The position numbers and the translations under genes were made by a program. DNA of 64,000 nt. Source: a virus. The stretch spans positions 1-64,000 of the IMG/VR virus record IMGVR_UViG_3300002092_001548. One strand, given 5' to 3'. The notes beneath the pieces were generated by a model. That model ran no database searches, had not been told where the DNA came from, and saw nothing but the letters and a program-made list of their open reading frames with translations. Shown piece after piece: positions 34,131-44,620 of this stretch (within the stretch, counting starts at the first letter, position 1; each line of letters opens with the position of its first letter).

Positions 34131-36041
34131 ATGGCTTTAAGTTTAATTAATAAAACACAATTAGCCCCTAACGTATCTGATTTAGTTAGTGGGTATGGCG
34201 TAAACTTTTTTTATCCACTATCTAATCCTAGCGGGTTTGCGGGTGCTGGTAGCTTCCTAACCACTGGGCAGTCTGGGCTTTTTTATTCCGCTACAAATCC
34301 AAGTGGGTTTTTACAAACTGGTACTGCAAGTACTACATATGCTACTATTACTAATTTAGCTTCGACTGGCTCAATTTTAGCCTCCTCAATTAGGACGCTA
34401 AGTGGTTTTTCAGCTTCGACCTATGCAACAACTGGAAGTCTTGGTGCCAATACTTCTGCGTGGGGCATAATAAACCCAGTTGCATTTGCAGAGTCATTAA
34501 GAGCTAATGTTAAAATAAATGGTGGCGGAACTCTTTCTGTTTTTGCGTTTACCGCTACTGCTTATGCTGTAAATTGGACTTCTAGATTCATTGTTGTTTC
34601 TAACGGCAATGGCACTAATTTTGCTAATGGTGGTTATTATGATATAACTATTCCCGGTAATGGTGCAGTTATAGCTGGCGTAGGGGGGGCAAATAATGCA
34701 TCCGTAGCTGGCGGAGTGCCCTTGGAACCATGGCAGGCACTTTATTATATTTTACCAATTGGAGGTAGTAATGTATCAGTAGAATCATATTATAGAATTG
34801 TTGATTATACTAGTTCATTAGATATTCCTTATAATTGGGTACTAATTGCTCATCGTAATGGTGATAATGGAGTAGTTTATTTTCCAAATGGTATTAATTT
34901 AAAAGTTGGGCAGAGTTATGATAACTCATATAATTTATCAGATTTGGTATCAATTGCACCCGTTATTTATAATACTTCTGGTCAGTGGATTACAAAGGCA
35001 TCGGGCAATAGTTCATATGCCACCATTACAAATCTTGCTTCGACTGGATCAACTCTTTACTCACAAATTACTGGACTAAGTGGTTATAATGCAAATACTT
35101 ATATTAAAAATAATAGCAGTATTAATTTAACTATTAGTGGCACTGGAAATTTTCAGGCAGTTAATATTAATTCTACCGGATCGAGTTCCGCATATAACGT
35201 ACCTTTTATTACAGTTTCTGGATCTGCAAGCGGATCCGTGTTTCAACAACTACAGAATACTTATACTGGAGTTACGGCAAGTACTGACATAAGTCTTTAT
35301 AATGATTTAGGAACAGCTTATCTTGATATTGGAATTAATAGTAGTAAGTATAGTGGCGCGGCTTACTCGCCACCTTTCACGGTAGTTGGGCCGAGCGATG
35401 CTTATGTTTATGCTACTGGAGGAAATTTAGCTATAGGTGTTACCAATCAGGCTAATATTAATTTCTTTGCAAACGGGGTTCAGAGTGGAAATATTGTAAT
35501 GGCTGTCAATAGTACGGGAGTATATATAAATAAAAATCCAGTATTAACTAATCAAAGTTTTTCTGTAAATTATCACAATACTGCAGATGCTCTAGCAGCG
35601 GGTTTTGTATATATTGGAACAATAGATCTTGGTATTGGTAATGCGACAACCGATAGGGCAATACCAATTCTTAGTAATTGTGTATTATCTAGGGCTTCAG
35701 CTGGTTATTATGCTGGAGGTAATGCTATTGCCCCTTATAATACTATTACTGGATACTTTATTAATGTAACGAAAGGTATTACTGGATTGGCTATAACTGG
35801 GACGGTCAGTAGCACCAATACATTTTATACATTTAGCACTGGACAAATACTCACATATTCTGGTGCGGGTGGCTTACCCCCTGCCGCGACCGCTTCTCCG
35901 CTTGCTACTGGAATGCCAGTTAGCAACGGAGACTTGGTATGTTATGGTATCAGATCTCCTGCTGGAGGTACTACTAGCCAATATTTAAGTGGATTTAGGT
36001 CAACTACTATTGCGTACTTTACACAAACTGGACAATTTTAA
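34131..36041 (+). CDS. Gly/Ser/Thr-rich virion fibre-like protein
   Basis: beta-rich low-charge composition; repeated YATITNLASTGS and NPSGF. Confidence 0.6.
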   Translation: MALSLINKTQLAPNVSDLVSGYGVNFFYPLSNPSGFAGAGSFLTTGQSGLFYSATNPSGFLQTGTASTTYATITNLASTGSILASSIRTLSGFSASTYATTGSLGANTSAWGIINPVAFAESLRANVKINGGGTLSVFAFTATAYAVNWTSRFIVVSNGNGTNFANGGYYDITIPGNGAVIAGVGGANNASVAGGVPLEPWQALYYILPIGGSNVSVESYYRIVDYTSSLDIPYNWVLIAHRNGDNGVVYFPNGINLKVGQSYDNSYNLSDLVSIAPVIYNTSGQWITKASGNSSYATITNLASTGSTLYSQITGLSGYNANTYIKNNSSINLTISGTGNFQAVNINSTGSSSAYNVPFITVSGSASGSVFQQLQNTYTGVTASTDISLYNDLGTAYLDIGINSSKYSGAAYSPPFTVVGPSDAYVYATGGNLAIGVTNQANINFFANGVQSGNIVMAVNSTGVYINKNPVLTNQSFSVNYHNTADALAAGFVYIGTIDLGIGNATTDRAIPILSNCVLSRASAGYYAGGNAIAPYNTITGYFINVTKGITGLAITGTVSSTNTFYTFSTGQILTYSGAGGLPPAATASPLATGMPVSNGDLVCYGIRSPAGGTTSQYLSGFRSTTIAYFTQTGQF

Positions 36042-36043
36042 AT

Positions 36044-36607
36044 ATGAATAAATTAACCCTACTATTACTATCACTATTCTTTATTAGCGGATGTACGGTT
36101 TATACAGAGAAACAAAGCGAAGCGGTTTCTCAAAATGTTTATGCGACAAGCCAATCACTCGGAAAGGCTCGTGTAGACTTAGCTTGTTTTTATTCAAATG
36201 AAACTACAAAGTTCATTAAACCCCCAAAACATCCCATAAAAATAGATTCTATCTACCAGCAATCAAAGACTAAGCAAAGGGTTGTAGTTGTTCCTAATCA
36301 ATACAAGAATGATAAGGTTGTTATTGTTGGATCGGCGGAATACACTCAATTGCTAAAAGATAGTCAAATAAAAAAACAATTGGAAAAGGACGCGCAATTA
36401 ACGGCCAAGCAAATTGAATCTGATAATAAGGAATTGATTAAACAAAAAACCATGTCTGATAAAATGGTTATTGACCTAAATAAATATAAGGAGTTAGTAG
36501 CAAAAAAAGATTTAAAGATCTTATGGTTAAGCATTGTTATTGTGGGACTACTTGCTCTTGATGCCGTTTATTTTTACCTTAAAGCTAACGGGTTATTCTT
36601 TTTATAA
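36044..36607 (+). CDS. lipoprotein with C-terminal TM helix (unimolecular spanin topology)
   Basis: MNKLTLLLLSLFFISG-C lipobox; C-terminal ILWLSIVIVGLLALDAVYFYL; within the lysis cluster. Confidence 0.6.
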   Translation: MNKLTLLLLSLFFISGCTVYTEKQSEAVSQNVYATSQSLGKARVDLACFYSNETTKFIKPPKHPIKIDSIYQQSKTKQRVVVVPNQYKNDKVVIVGSAEYTQLLKDSQIKKQLEKDAQLTAKQIESDNKELIKQKTMSDKMVIDLNKYKELVAKKDLKILWLSIVIVGLLALDAVYFYLKANGLFFL

Positions 36608-36608
36608 T

Positions 36609-36776
36609 ATGAACGAAGAAACAATAGTGAGTGAAATTAAAAAGGATGAGGTAATTATTAAACAGAAGACCGTACTGGTTGCGACAGCCCTACAAATTTG
36701 GTCGCGCGCGAATCCAGTTAAAGCCGCCTTTATCCTTGGTGGAATTGTTGGTTTTATTTTAGGCACTATTATTTAG
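36609..36776 (+). CDS. small membrane protein
   Basis: C-terminal AAFILGGIVGFILGTII. Confidence 0.55.
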   Translation: MNEETIVSEIKKDEVIIKQKTVLVATALQIWSRANPVKAAFILGGIVGFILGTII

Positions 36777-36789
36777 TGTAATAAGTTAT

Positions 36790-37254
36790 ATGTGGCAAGG
36801 TATTGCTAATGTAACTCAGGCTGCACTTGCGTTCTTACAGAATGGCAAGGCGCCCCCTAATACGCCCCCGGAGCTTGAGAAACAAATGGAGGATACAAAT
36901 CACCTAGCTTCTAAGAAATTCTTTGTGGTGATGACCTCACTACTGATGATTGTTTCAATGTTCTTCGTGGCGGTTGGTATTCTTTTTGTTATTCCCAAAG
37001 ATCATGATATTGTTATTACAACTTATGCTACTATTTTTACTAAAATCATGGAGCAAGTAGCTCTTGTTATATCTGTTTATTTAGGCGCACAGGGCTTAGT
37101 TGATTTAAGATATAATAGTTCGTCAAGCGTTGGGGTTCAGGGAGTTGCCCAATCATCTAATATTAATGAGAATAAAAATGTTAATTTAAATGAACAAATA
37201 TTAACTAACAACGCAAAAGAAAGTGATTATAATATAACGGAGAATAGTCTATGA
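36790..37254 (+). CDS. holin-like membrane protein
   Basis: SKKFFVV-TM1..TM2 (YLGAQGLVD); overlaps the endolysin start. Confidence 0.6.
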   Translation: MWQGIANVTQAALAFLQNGKAPPNTPPELEKQMEDTNHLASKKFFVVMTSLLMIVSMFFVAVGILFVIPKDHDIVITTYATIFTKIMEQVALVISVYLGAQGLVDLRYNSSSSVGVQGVAQSSNINENKNVNLNEQILTNNAKESDYNITENSL

Positions 37255-37865
37255 AAAATCCATCTGCAAAAGTACTATCTTTGATTTTGGAATATGAGGT
37301 TGGTGGTGGCCGGGCCTATTACGAAAAATATTTAAATGGGCCGACTTGGCCGGGCGGTGCAAGTGGCATGACTCTTGCTATAGGTATAGACTGTGGATAC
37401 TATACACCTACTGAATTACGCGAAATTTTTAACTTCCTACCTGATAACCAGATCAAGGCTATACAAGGGGCATCTGGCAAAACAGGACAGGCTGGAAAAG
37501 AATATACAGGGTCTATTAGAAATTTAGGCATAAAAATAACATGGGATCAAGCCGTTGAAATATTTGATAAATACACTTGGACAAAGTTCGCAAAACTGGC
37601 TGAAAGAACCTTTCCCGGTTTGGATCAGTTATGTGATAACGCATATGGTGCTATCGTCTCTTTGGTATTTAATCGTGGGTCTAGTTTGGTTGGGGATAGT
37701 CGTAGTGAGATGAGAGAAATTAAAAATTTAGTTCCTAAAAAAGACTATCGTTCTATCTCGCTAGAAATACAAAAAATGAAAAGGATATGGCAAGGCAAAG
37801 GGCTAGACGGCCTGTTAGCAAGAAGGGATGCAGAGTCTGCACTGGTATTAACTTGCGCTAATTAA
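37251..37865 (+). CDS. endolysin (lysozyme-like glycoside hydrolase)
   Basis: YEVG..WPGGASGMTLAIGIDCG, AIVSLVFNRG, GLLARRDAE (GH24-like). Confidence 0.8.
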   Translation: MKNPSAKVLSLILEYEVGGGRAYYEKYLNGPTWPGGASGMTLAIGIDCGYYTPTELREIFNFLPDNQIKAIQGASGKTGQAGKEYTGSIRNLGIKITWDQAVEIFDKYTWTKFAKLAERTFPGLDQLCDNAYGAIVSLVFNRGSSLVGDSRSEMREIKNLVPKKDYRSISLEIQKMKRIWQGKGLDGLLARRDAESALVLTCAN

Positions 37866-37903
37866 TTTAGTTTTAGTGTATTATTATTAATACTATTTAT
37901 TAT

Positions 37904-39826
37904 ATGACAATATTCGAAAACTCTCCCGAAAAGTTTGATCTAAGCAGTCTAGAATATCGTCCCGGAAAGCAAGTTAACTTATGTGCTTTTAATATCGAAA
38001 GTGAAAATTCTGAACACAAACTTTCCGTAGCGTCAAGACTAGAAAATATTGCACCCATCGAGGAGAACGGTGTAAAACTTACTATGCACGATAAATTTAA
38101 ATATCATTCCATCTTTGACGGTATCATTGTTCAGGCAAAGATTGCGGAAGAAGAGGATCGGTATTTAGCAACAGCTTCTATTAATCAATTAAAGAAGTTC
38201 TTACCTACACACGTTAATCTTGATGTTAACAAGGATTTGCTTGGAGTTGCTTTTGATGCTTTCGTTGTTAATCGCGGAAATAAAAATGGACATATTATTG
38301 GTAATGATGTTGCACTAGCAATGATTCCTAATTTTATTAATAAGCCTTTTAATATTGAGCATAACCGCAAAACAATTGTTGGATTCTGTACTGGTTATGG
38401 ATTTAGTGCTTTTGGTTCTAGTACGCCGCTGACACTCGAAGAAATTCAAAATACAACAGATCCATTCAATGTTGTTCTTTCTGGTTTTGTTTGGAAAGTT
38501 GCGAATCCAGAATTTGCCGCAGAGCTTGCCGAGAGTAGTGATCCAAGTTCTGGCAAATATCTTTCTGTTAGTGCAAGTTGGGAATTAGGATTTAATGAAT
38601 TCAATATTGCACAAGGTAGTAAGAATTTAAATGAGGCAACAATAATTGAAGATGAGGAACAGCTTTTAGAAATGAAAGATTGTTTAAAAGTTTTTGGCGG
38701 TAGTGGAATCAATGCGTCTGGATCCCCAGTTTACCTTAATTTACAGGGTAATGTTCTTCCGTTAGGAATTGGTTTTACAAATAATCCAGCGGCAGAAGTT
38801 AAGGGTGTTATTGTTCGCGATGAAGACTCTGACTATAAGGCCGATGCAAATTTAAATGATATTAATAACAAAAAAAGTGTCCACTCTAATACGGAGGATG
38901 TAAAAAACAACATGCAAATCAACAAGCTTGAAGATATCACCGACGAGGCTATCAAGGAAATTTCCGCAAATGCAGTGAGAGAATTTATTTCTAATAAGAT
39001 CGCTGAACATGCAAAAGACTGGTCAGCCAAACTAAACGAAAAAGAAACTTCATTAGAAGCAGCCGTTGCTGAGGCAACAGCGCTAAAGACAGACCTAGAG
39101 TCAATCAAGAGTGAAGTGGCTGCTATGCAAAGTGCTATCAAGGCTAATGAGATTGCTGGAAATTTCCAACGTAGAATGAGTCTCATTGATGAGGAGTTCA
39201 ACCTAACTGATGCAGATCGTGAGATTATCGCTGAAGACTTGAACGCAATTGAGAATGACGAAGCCTTCACAAAGTGGTATAATAAGTTCTCCGTTCTTGC
39301 TTCTGGCAAAAAGAAGTCAGAGCGTGATTCCGTTGATCAGCAAGATACAGTTCAGGGCCGTAGTAAGGTAAAGCCTGCTAAAGTTGCATCCGAACCAGAG
39401 GCTGGAAAAATTAAGAACGATAAAGACGTAAGTGCTGATGAAGATGAGATGAGCGCAGAAGAAGTTGTTGCTGATGATAACAGTGAATCTGACGACATAG
39501 ATAAAGTTAAAGACACTGGCCCGGTTTCAGCATCAAGTTTCAGTGAGGACAATAGTTCAATTTCAAAGAAAACAGCTGACAAAGTCGGAGCAAAGACTGG
39601 GTCATTTGCAGAGTCTAATGTCGAGGGTCTTAAGGAATATTCTTCTCAAGAGCACAATGCAATCAAGGCTGGCGAGCAAGCAATTACTTCCGAAGTTGAA
39701 AAGATTGTTGCTTCCGTTAAGGTTGAAGAACAGCTTATTCCTAACTCCATGAGCCCCGCTCAGGATTCACTTCTACAGAAAATTAGTGCCGCTTTCAACA
39801 AAAGCAGTGTAAAGTTCACTAAGTAA
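37904..39826 (+). CDS. prohead protease-scaffold fusion
   Basis: NKNG..FINKPFNIEH..IVG and SVSASWE protease-like N-half; acidic coiled-coil C-half; upstream of capsid genes. Confidence 0.7.
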   Translation: MTIFENSPEKFDLSSLEYRPGKQVNLCAFNIESENSEHKLSVASRLENIAPIEENGVKLTMHDKFKYHSIFDGIIVQAKIAEEEDRYLATASINQLKKFLPTHVNLDVNKDLLGVAFDAFVVNRGNKNGHIIGNDVALAMIPNFINKPFNIEHNRKTIVGFCTGYGFSAFGSSTPLTLEEIQNTTDPFNVVLSGFVWKVANPEFAAELAESSDPSSGKYLSVSASWELGFNEFNIAQGSKNLNEATIIEDEEQLLEMKDCLKVFGGSGINASGSPVYLNLQGNVLPLGIGFTNNPAAEVKGVIVRDEDSDYKADANLNDINNKKSVHSNTEDVKNNMQINKLEDITDEAIKEISANAVREFISNKIAEHAKDWSAKLNEKETSLEAAVAEATALKTDLESIKSEVAAMQSAIKANEIAGNFQRRMSLIDEEFNLTDADREIIAEDLNAIENDEAFTKWYNKFSVLASGKKKSERDSVDQQDTVQGRSKVKPAKVASEPEAGKIKNDKDVSADEDEMSAEEVVADDNSESDDIDKVKDTGPVSASSFSEDNSSISKKTADKVGAKTGSFAESNVEGLKEYSSQEHNAIKAGEQAITSEVEKIVASVKVEEQLIPNSMSPAQDSLLQKISAAFNKSSVKFTK

Positions 39827-39884
39827 AGATTTCAGATAATTCGTTATCTAAAAACAAACAAAACAAATAAAATAACAAAAATTT

Positions 39885-40454
39885 ATGCCAAACCTAAAAC
39901 CATTCAGAGATTACGATGAAAGCAACGTAATTAATCTATTCACGGTAACAGGACAGACCTTCCTATCGAAGGGTACGTTCGTTACTGCCGCTTCAAGTGG
40001 TGTTAACCTAAGAGATGATGAGACTGTAAATAACTTATCAATCTACGGTAACTCCGTTTCCGCCCTATTCACACCAGCTTGGTCATTAGCTACTGCCCCC
40101 TCTGGCTCCCTAAAGAACACAGTTATCGGTGCAACTCTAAAAGACTTCCGCACAACGGATGAAAACGGCGAAGTTCTACTTTTCCACCCTCGCAAGGCTG
40201 CTGAGATGGATGTGATCATCAGTGGACAGGCAATGCCTGTTATCACAAAGGGTATATTCCTTTACAGTGGTATCAGTACTGGTACTTATGGTAACCCAAG
40301 CTTCGGCTCTGGTTTCGCTGTAGCTGATGCTGGTGACGGATCAATCAAGGTTGCCCCTTACGCAACAAGTGGATCAATCAATGCTAACGTGCTTGGTAAG
40401 TTCCTAGGTGGAATCAACCAAGATGGCTATGCTCTTATCAAGATCGAGCTATAA
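39885..40454 (+). CDS. capsid decoration/cement protein
   Basis: position between scaffold and MCP; small, beta-rich. Confidence 0.55.
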   Translation: MPNLKPFRDYDESNVINLFTVTGQTFLSKGTFVTAASSGVNLRDDETVNNLSIYGNSVSALFTPAWSLATAPSGSLKNTVIGATLKDFRTTDENGEVLLFHPRKAAEMDVIISGQAMPVITKGIFLYSGISTGTYGNPSFGSGFAVADAGDGSIKVAPYATSGSINANVLGKFLGGINQDGYALIKIEL

Positions 40455-40482
40455 TCTTAACCACTAACCGAAACAAATTTAT

Positions 40483-41661
40483 ATGAAAATTCAATTCGAA
40501 AAAAACCCAGAGCAAATCGAGCTTATCAAGGCTCTTGCATCTGAAAATAAAACAGTTGCAATGCAGGCTCAGGAGGCTTTCGCCGCTTTTATTAGTGACG
40601 TAGTTCTTCAGGTTCTCTTACAGGCTGGTACAGCTAGCATGATCTATCGTGACATCGAGTTCGATGAGGACGATTCTCCATCTATCCCTCTTGACCTTTA
40701 CTATGGACAGGGCGAAGGAACAATCAGCGTCTGGAGTCAGACAGTTGGTGGCGGTCTTCCTTCTAACCTACAACAGGGTCTACAGGAAATGAAGCTTAAC
40801 ACCTACCGCTTAGACAGTGCTATCTCTATGGAGAAGCGCTATGTCCGCCGCGCACGTCTCGACGTTGTTGCTGCTGGTCTTGAGCGTATGGCGAACGAGC
40901 TTCTTGTTAAACAAGAGCGTAATGCATGGGCAGTTATCCTAAAGGCGCTAGCCGAAGCCTCCACAACAGTGCAGGGTTCAACAGCAGCTACTGGCGGAAC
41001 AACTCACCTTATCCGTTCTGCCAATGATGGTGTCTTTGATATCGATACACTTAATAGACTATGGACAAAAGTTCGTAGAATTAATGCTGCTTACACAGGC
41101 GGTACACCTCTAAACCTACAGGCTCGTGGTCTTACAGATATCTTTGTAAGTCCTGAAGTCAAGGAGCAGATCCGTGGTTTTGCATATCAGCCAATGAATA
41201 CTCGTGGTGCAAACGGTGCAACTGGATCTCTTTCATCTGCTGGTGTTTTAGGTCTTCCTAACGGTGTTCGTGAAGAGATCTTCCGTGGCAGTGGAACACA
41301 GGAAATCTTCGGTGTTACAATTCACGAACTGCTTGAGCTTGGTCTAACTAGAAAGTACAATACACTATTCGGTACGTTTGCAACAGCAGCGAGCCTTAGT
41401 GTTAGTGCCCCTCAGACTGGTAATGCTAACAATAGTGGAACAACTTGGAGTACAAGTAATGATGAGCTTGTTATCGGTATCGATGCAACACGTAACGCAT
41501 TCCTTCGTCCAGTTGCAATCCAGAGTGAGAGTCGTGGACAGGTCAAGGTTCTTCCTGATGACCAGTTCCTAGCTCGTAGTCAGAAGGTTGGCTTCTACAG
41601 CTATGTGGAAGAAGGCCGTGTCTGTACTGACGCTCGTGCGGTTGTTGGTGTTATTGTCTAA
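40483..41661 (+). CDS. major capsid protein
   Basis: 392 aa, strong codon bias, followed by a terminator; HK97-like layout (LTDIFVSPE, C-terminal GFYSYVEEG). Confidence 0.8.
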   Translation: MKIQFEKNPEQIELIKALASENKTVAMQAQEAFAAFISDVVLQVLLQAGTASMIYRDIEFDEDDSPSIPLDLYYGQGEGTISVWSQTVGGGLPSNLQQGLQEMKLNTYRLDSAISMEKRYVRRARLDVVAAGLERMANELLVKQERNAWAVILKALAEASTTVQGSTAATGGTTHLIRSANDGVFDIDTLNRLWTKVRRINAAYTGGTPLNLQARGLTDIFVSPEVKEQIRGFAYQPMNTRGANGATGSLSSAGVLGLPNGVREEIFRGSGTQEIFGVTIHELLELGLTRKYNTLFGTFATAASLSVSAPQTGNANNSGTTWSTSNDELVIGIDATRNAFLRPVAIQSESRGQVKVLPDDQFLARSQKVGFYSYVEEGRVCTDARAVVGVIV

Positions 41662-41682
41662 GACTAATAGCAAATAAATTAG

Positions 41683-41715
41683 AAAAGCCCCCAGAAATGG
41701 GGGCTTTTTCTTTTT
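41683..41715 (+). terminator. intrinsic terminator after MCP
   Basis: AAAAGCCCCCA-GAAA-TGGGGGCTTTT + T-run. Confidence 0.9.
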
Positions 41716-41762
41716 ACTGGCTAATTTATTATATTTTTAATTAATTTCGTAATATAATCTAT

Positions 41763-42137
41763 ATGGCAACTAAGAAAACCAAGAAGACAATTACTTTAGA
41801 AGCAACTACACAGCTTGACGGAAAAGTGCAAGATCATGGATCTCAAATGCCGGGAACATTAGATCAAATTATGAATGAATCTATGGCCACTTATAGTGCC
41901 AGAAGCTCGGAAGAGTATATTTCCCAACTAGCAGAAATGAACCAGACAGACTTGCAATCTCATGCTTATAAAGTTGGACTGATTCCTATTGAGGATAGAA
42001 AGGTTTTAGTTGAGAGATTAACCCAAGAGTTTCGGGCATGGGCATCTAGACAGGCGCCAGTTAATACTCAAAATACTACAGTTAATTCTAGCAATATTTC
42101 AGACGAAGTAAGAAAGATTCTTCGTGAGGGTGCTTAA
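41763..42137 (+). CDS. hypothetical virion-module protein
   Basis: 124-aa ORF. Confidence 0.7.
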   Translation: MATKKTKKTITLEATTQLDGKVQDHGSQMPGTLDQIMNESMATYSARSSEEYISQLAEMNQTDLQSHAYKVGLIPIEDRKVLVERLTQEFRAWASRQAPVNTQNTTVNSSNISDEVRKILREGA

Positions 42138-42162
42138 TACCGCTATCTGTGTAAAATAGTAT

Positions 42163-42708
42163 GTGAGCGACCCATTTACATACTTTGTTACTAATGTTTA
42201 TAGAGAGTTAGATTATCCAGTTGATTATACTCAGACGAGGATAAGCGGATGGTTTCTTGACTCAGCAAATATTGGCCAGTTAAATAATTTAATTGGTACA
42301 AGCTATACGCCCGGCGCAGTATACGATAATAACGGAACACCAACTGGTTGGTCTATTAATCCAACTATTAGTGGTAATGAATTAGGCATCTATAAGATGC
42401 TCTTTAATTATAACTATTATTCTCACCTTGCCCGAACTGTTGCCGTGAGCGCAACGCGCGCTGGCCAAGATTGGGTAAGTATGCAAGAAGGCGATAGTAA
42501 GATTACTCGCGTTAATAAAAATGAAATTAGTAAGAACTTACGTGCACTTGCAAAAGATGCAAAAGAAACTTTAGACAAGTCTGTGAAAATGTATCTCAAA
42601 TATGGTGCCGTTCCAATGCAGATTGCTGGCGATGATTATATTGGTATTAGCAATTATATATCTTTAAGTCATGATCGTAATCTAGACCGAAGTGATTATC
42701 AGTACTAA
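42163..42708 (+). CDS. putative head-tail adaptor
   Basis: position after MCP; EGDSKITR motif; GTGTAA 14 nt upstream. Confidence 0.55.
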   Translation: MSDPFTYFVTNVYRELDYPVDYTQTRISGWFLDSANIGQLNNLIGTSYTPGAVYDNNGTPTGWSINPTISGNELGIYKMLFNYNYYSHLARTVAVSATRAGQDWVSMQEGDSKITRVNKNEISKNLRALAKDAKETLDKSVKMYLKYGAVPMQIAGDDYIGISNYISLSHDRNLDRSDYQY

Positions 42709-42718
42709 TTATTAAAGA

Positions 42719-43150
42719 ATGAACTATTTAACTAGAGAAGAAAAAAATGCTTATAGTAAAGTATTCTATGATATTCATGATACTTTTTCTCGTAATATAG
42801 TTGTCTGGAGGCATGCAAATACAACACTAATTTCTACAACTCCAGATTATAATTTTTTATACTCTCAAGTTCAGCCTTCTATTTCTGTACAGTATACTCC
42901 AACTAGTGGAGTTTTCTCTGCGAGAATTCAGTGGGAACATGGTTGGAAAATTAATGATGGTAGAGATATTCGCCCCACAATTCGTGGTAACTACTGCCGT
43001 ATTAAAGTTAAGGGCAATGCTCTTCCATATATAAGTGGCGCCGACCGTATTGAGGTAGATGGCAGGCCAATGAATTGGATTGGCTCTTCTGAAATACATG
43101 GATTATTTACTGGGGATTTCTTTCATCTATACCTAAAGGAGAGCGAATAA
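42719..43150 (+). CDS. putative head closure protein
   Basis: beta-rich 143 aa in neck position. Confidence 0.5.
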   Translation: MNYLTREEKNAYSKVFYDIHDTFSRNIVVWRHANTTLISTTPDYNFLYSQVQPSISVQYTPTSGVFSARIQWEHGWKINDGRDIRPTIRGNYCRIKVKGNALPYISGADRIEVDGRPMNWIGSSEIHGLFTGDFFHLYLKESE

Positions 43151-43151
43151 T

Positions 43152-43733
43152 ATGGCAAGTGGATCAATTGATTTAGATCAATTTGTTGCCGAGCTTCTTT
43201 CTACCGATGAGGTTCTAAGGGCTGCTAGGCAAGAGGCTGCTAATGTTTTAGAACAACAAAAAGAAATTTTATTGAGGGAATTTGATAATCATCCAGTCAC
43301 TAAGGAAATAGAGGCCGGGCCAGAAGCGGCCAATCTCTCTGGAACATTGGGGGGTAAGGGTAATTTGTTTTCTTTTATTGGCTTTGATGATGCTGACACT
43401 CCAGTAGCCCCTGTTAAAGAACTTTTAAATGGTATATCATTGGGATCAATGAGACGAAACAATGCGATGGGGGTACTAAATTTTAAAGTTAACATGCCAT
43501 CCGAAGAGGAGTTTGAGGCTATCAGTAAAATGCCTTGGGAGACTGGTCGTAGCTGGTTATTTGAAATTGAGCGAGCAATTTCTGGTCTTGGAAATTATAT
43601 TTATGGGCAGTTCAAAAATTCAAGATCCGGAACTGGATATGAAGCTAGTTCACCAGTTGATACTAAAACTTTTTCTCCTGTCCCATATTTTAGAACGATG
43701 CTAGAAAAATTTGTAATTAAACTTAAACAATGA
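43152..43733 (+). CDS. putative neck/tail completion protein
   Basis: position; HPVTKEIEAGP..GNLFSFIGF. Confidence 0.5.
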   Translation: MASGSIDLDQFVAELLSTDEVLRAARQEAANVLEQQKEILLREFDNHPVTKEIEAGPEAANLSGTLGGKGNLFSFIGFDDADTPVAPVKELLNGISLGSMRRNNAMGVLNFKVNMPSEEEFEAISKMPWETGRSWLFEIERAISGLGNYIYGQFKNSRSGTGYEASSPVDTKTFSPVPYFRTMLEKFVIKLKQ

Positions 43734-44602
43734 ATCCTACCTATCTAACAACTTTAATGCCGAGTTTTTATTTATGGCTTGACCATGAAATACTTCAGCG
43801 CGGAAATGCGTTTACAGTATTTAGTGGACAAATGTATTCTGGTGCAGATTATAACTATGGAAACATGGTTACATATACATCGCCATTTCGCCAGTGGGTC
43901 TCTGACTCTAGTGTTACGAATGCGGTAATTCCAAGTGGCGTGTATGTCGGCGGGAACTTTGTTGGAAGAGGTACTAGCGGCCTTTCATTAAACTTTAATA
44001 AGGCAGAGGCCGTATTTACTGGGGGAATGGTAGCTTCTAATTTAAAAAATATAACCGCGCAATATTCTGTAAAGGATTTCAATCTTTATTATACAGATGA
44101 AAAAGAAGAGAATCTCTTATTTGAGAATCGAAACTATTTGGCGCCAAAGTTTAATCATGTTACTGGCGGATTATCTCCCGACGATCAGCCTTATCCATGT
44201 ATTTATATTAAAAATACATCCTATGAGAACAAACCGTTTACATTCGGGGGGCAGGAGCAGACAAAAACAACAATTCGTTGCGTTGTTATTGCTGATAATA
44301 TTTTTCTATTAGATGGAGCTATTTCTATAATGTCAGATACCGTTAGAAAGATATTTCCTATTATTCCAAATTCACAGATTCCGTATAATTATTATGGAGA
44401 TTTTAAATCTGGAACATCTTATAGTTATACTGGATTAGCCTACTCCGCACAGCAGGCCGCGCCCGGTAATAATGTATATATTGATCGTGTCACCGTATCA
44501 AGAATGGATGAAATTCGTAACAAACATATTAATCTAAAAACCGTTGCTGCTATGGTTGATTTTGACTTATGGCAAGGTAGATATCCTAGAATTTACTCTT
44601 AA
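43730..44602 (+). CDS. putative tail terminator protein
   Basis: position before tail tube; YPCIYI motif. Confidence 0.5.
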   Translation: MNPTYLTTLMPSFYLWLDHEILQRGNAFTVFSGQMYSGADYNYGNMVTYTSPFRQWVSDSSVTNAVIPSGVYVGGNFVGRGTSGLSLNFNKAEAVFTGGMVASNLKNITAQYSVKDFNLYYTDEKEENLLFENRNYLAPKFNHVTGGLSPDDQPYPCIYIKNTSYENKPFTFGGQEQTKTTIRCVVIADNIFLLDGAISIMSDTVRKIFPIIPNSQIPYNYYGDFKSGTSYSYTGLAYSAQQAAPGNNVYIDRVTVSRMDEIRNKHINLKTVAAMVDFDLWQGRYPRIYS

Positions 44603-44620
44603 AGGGGGGTATAATTATAT

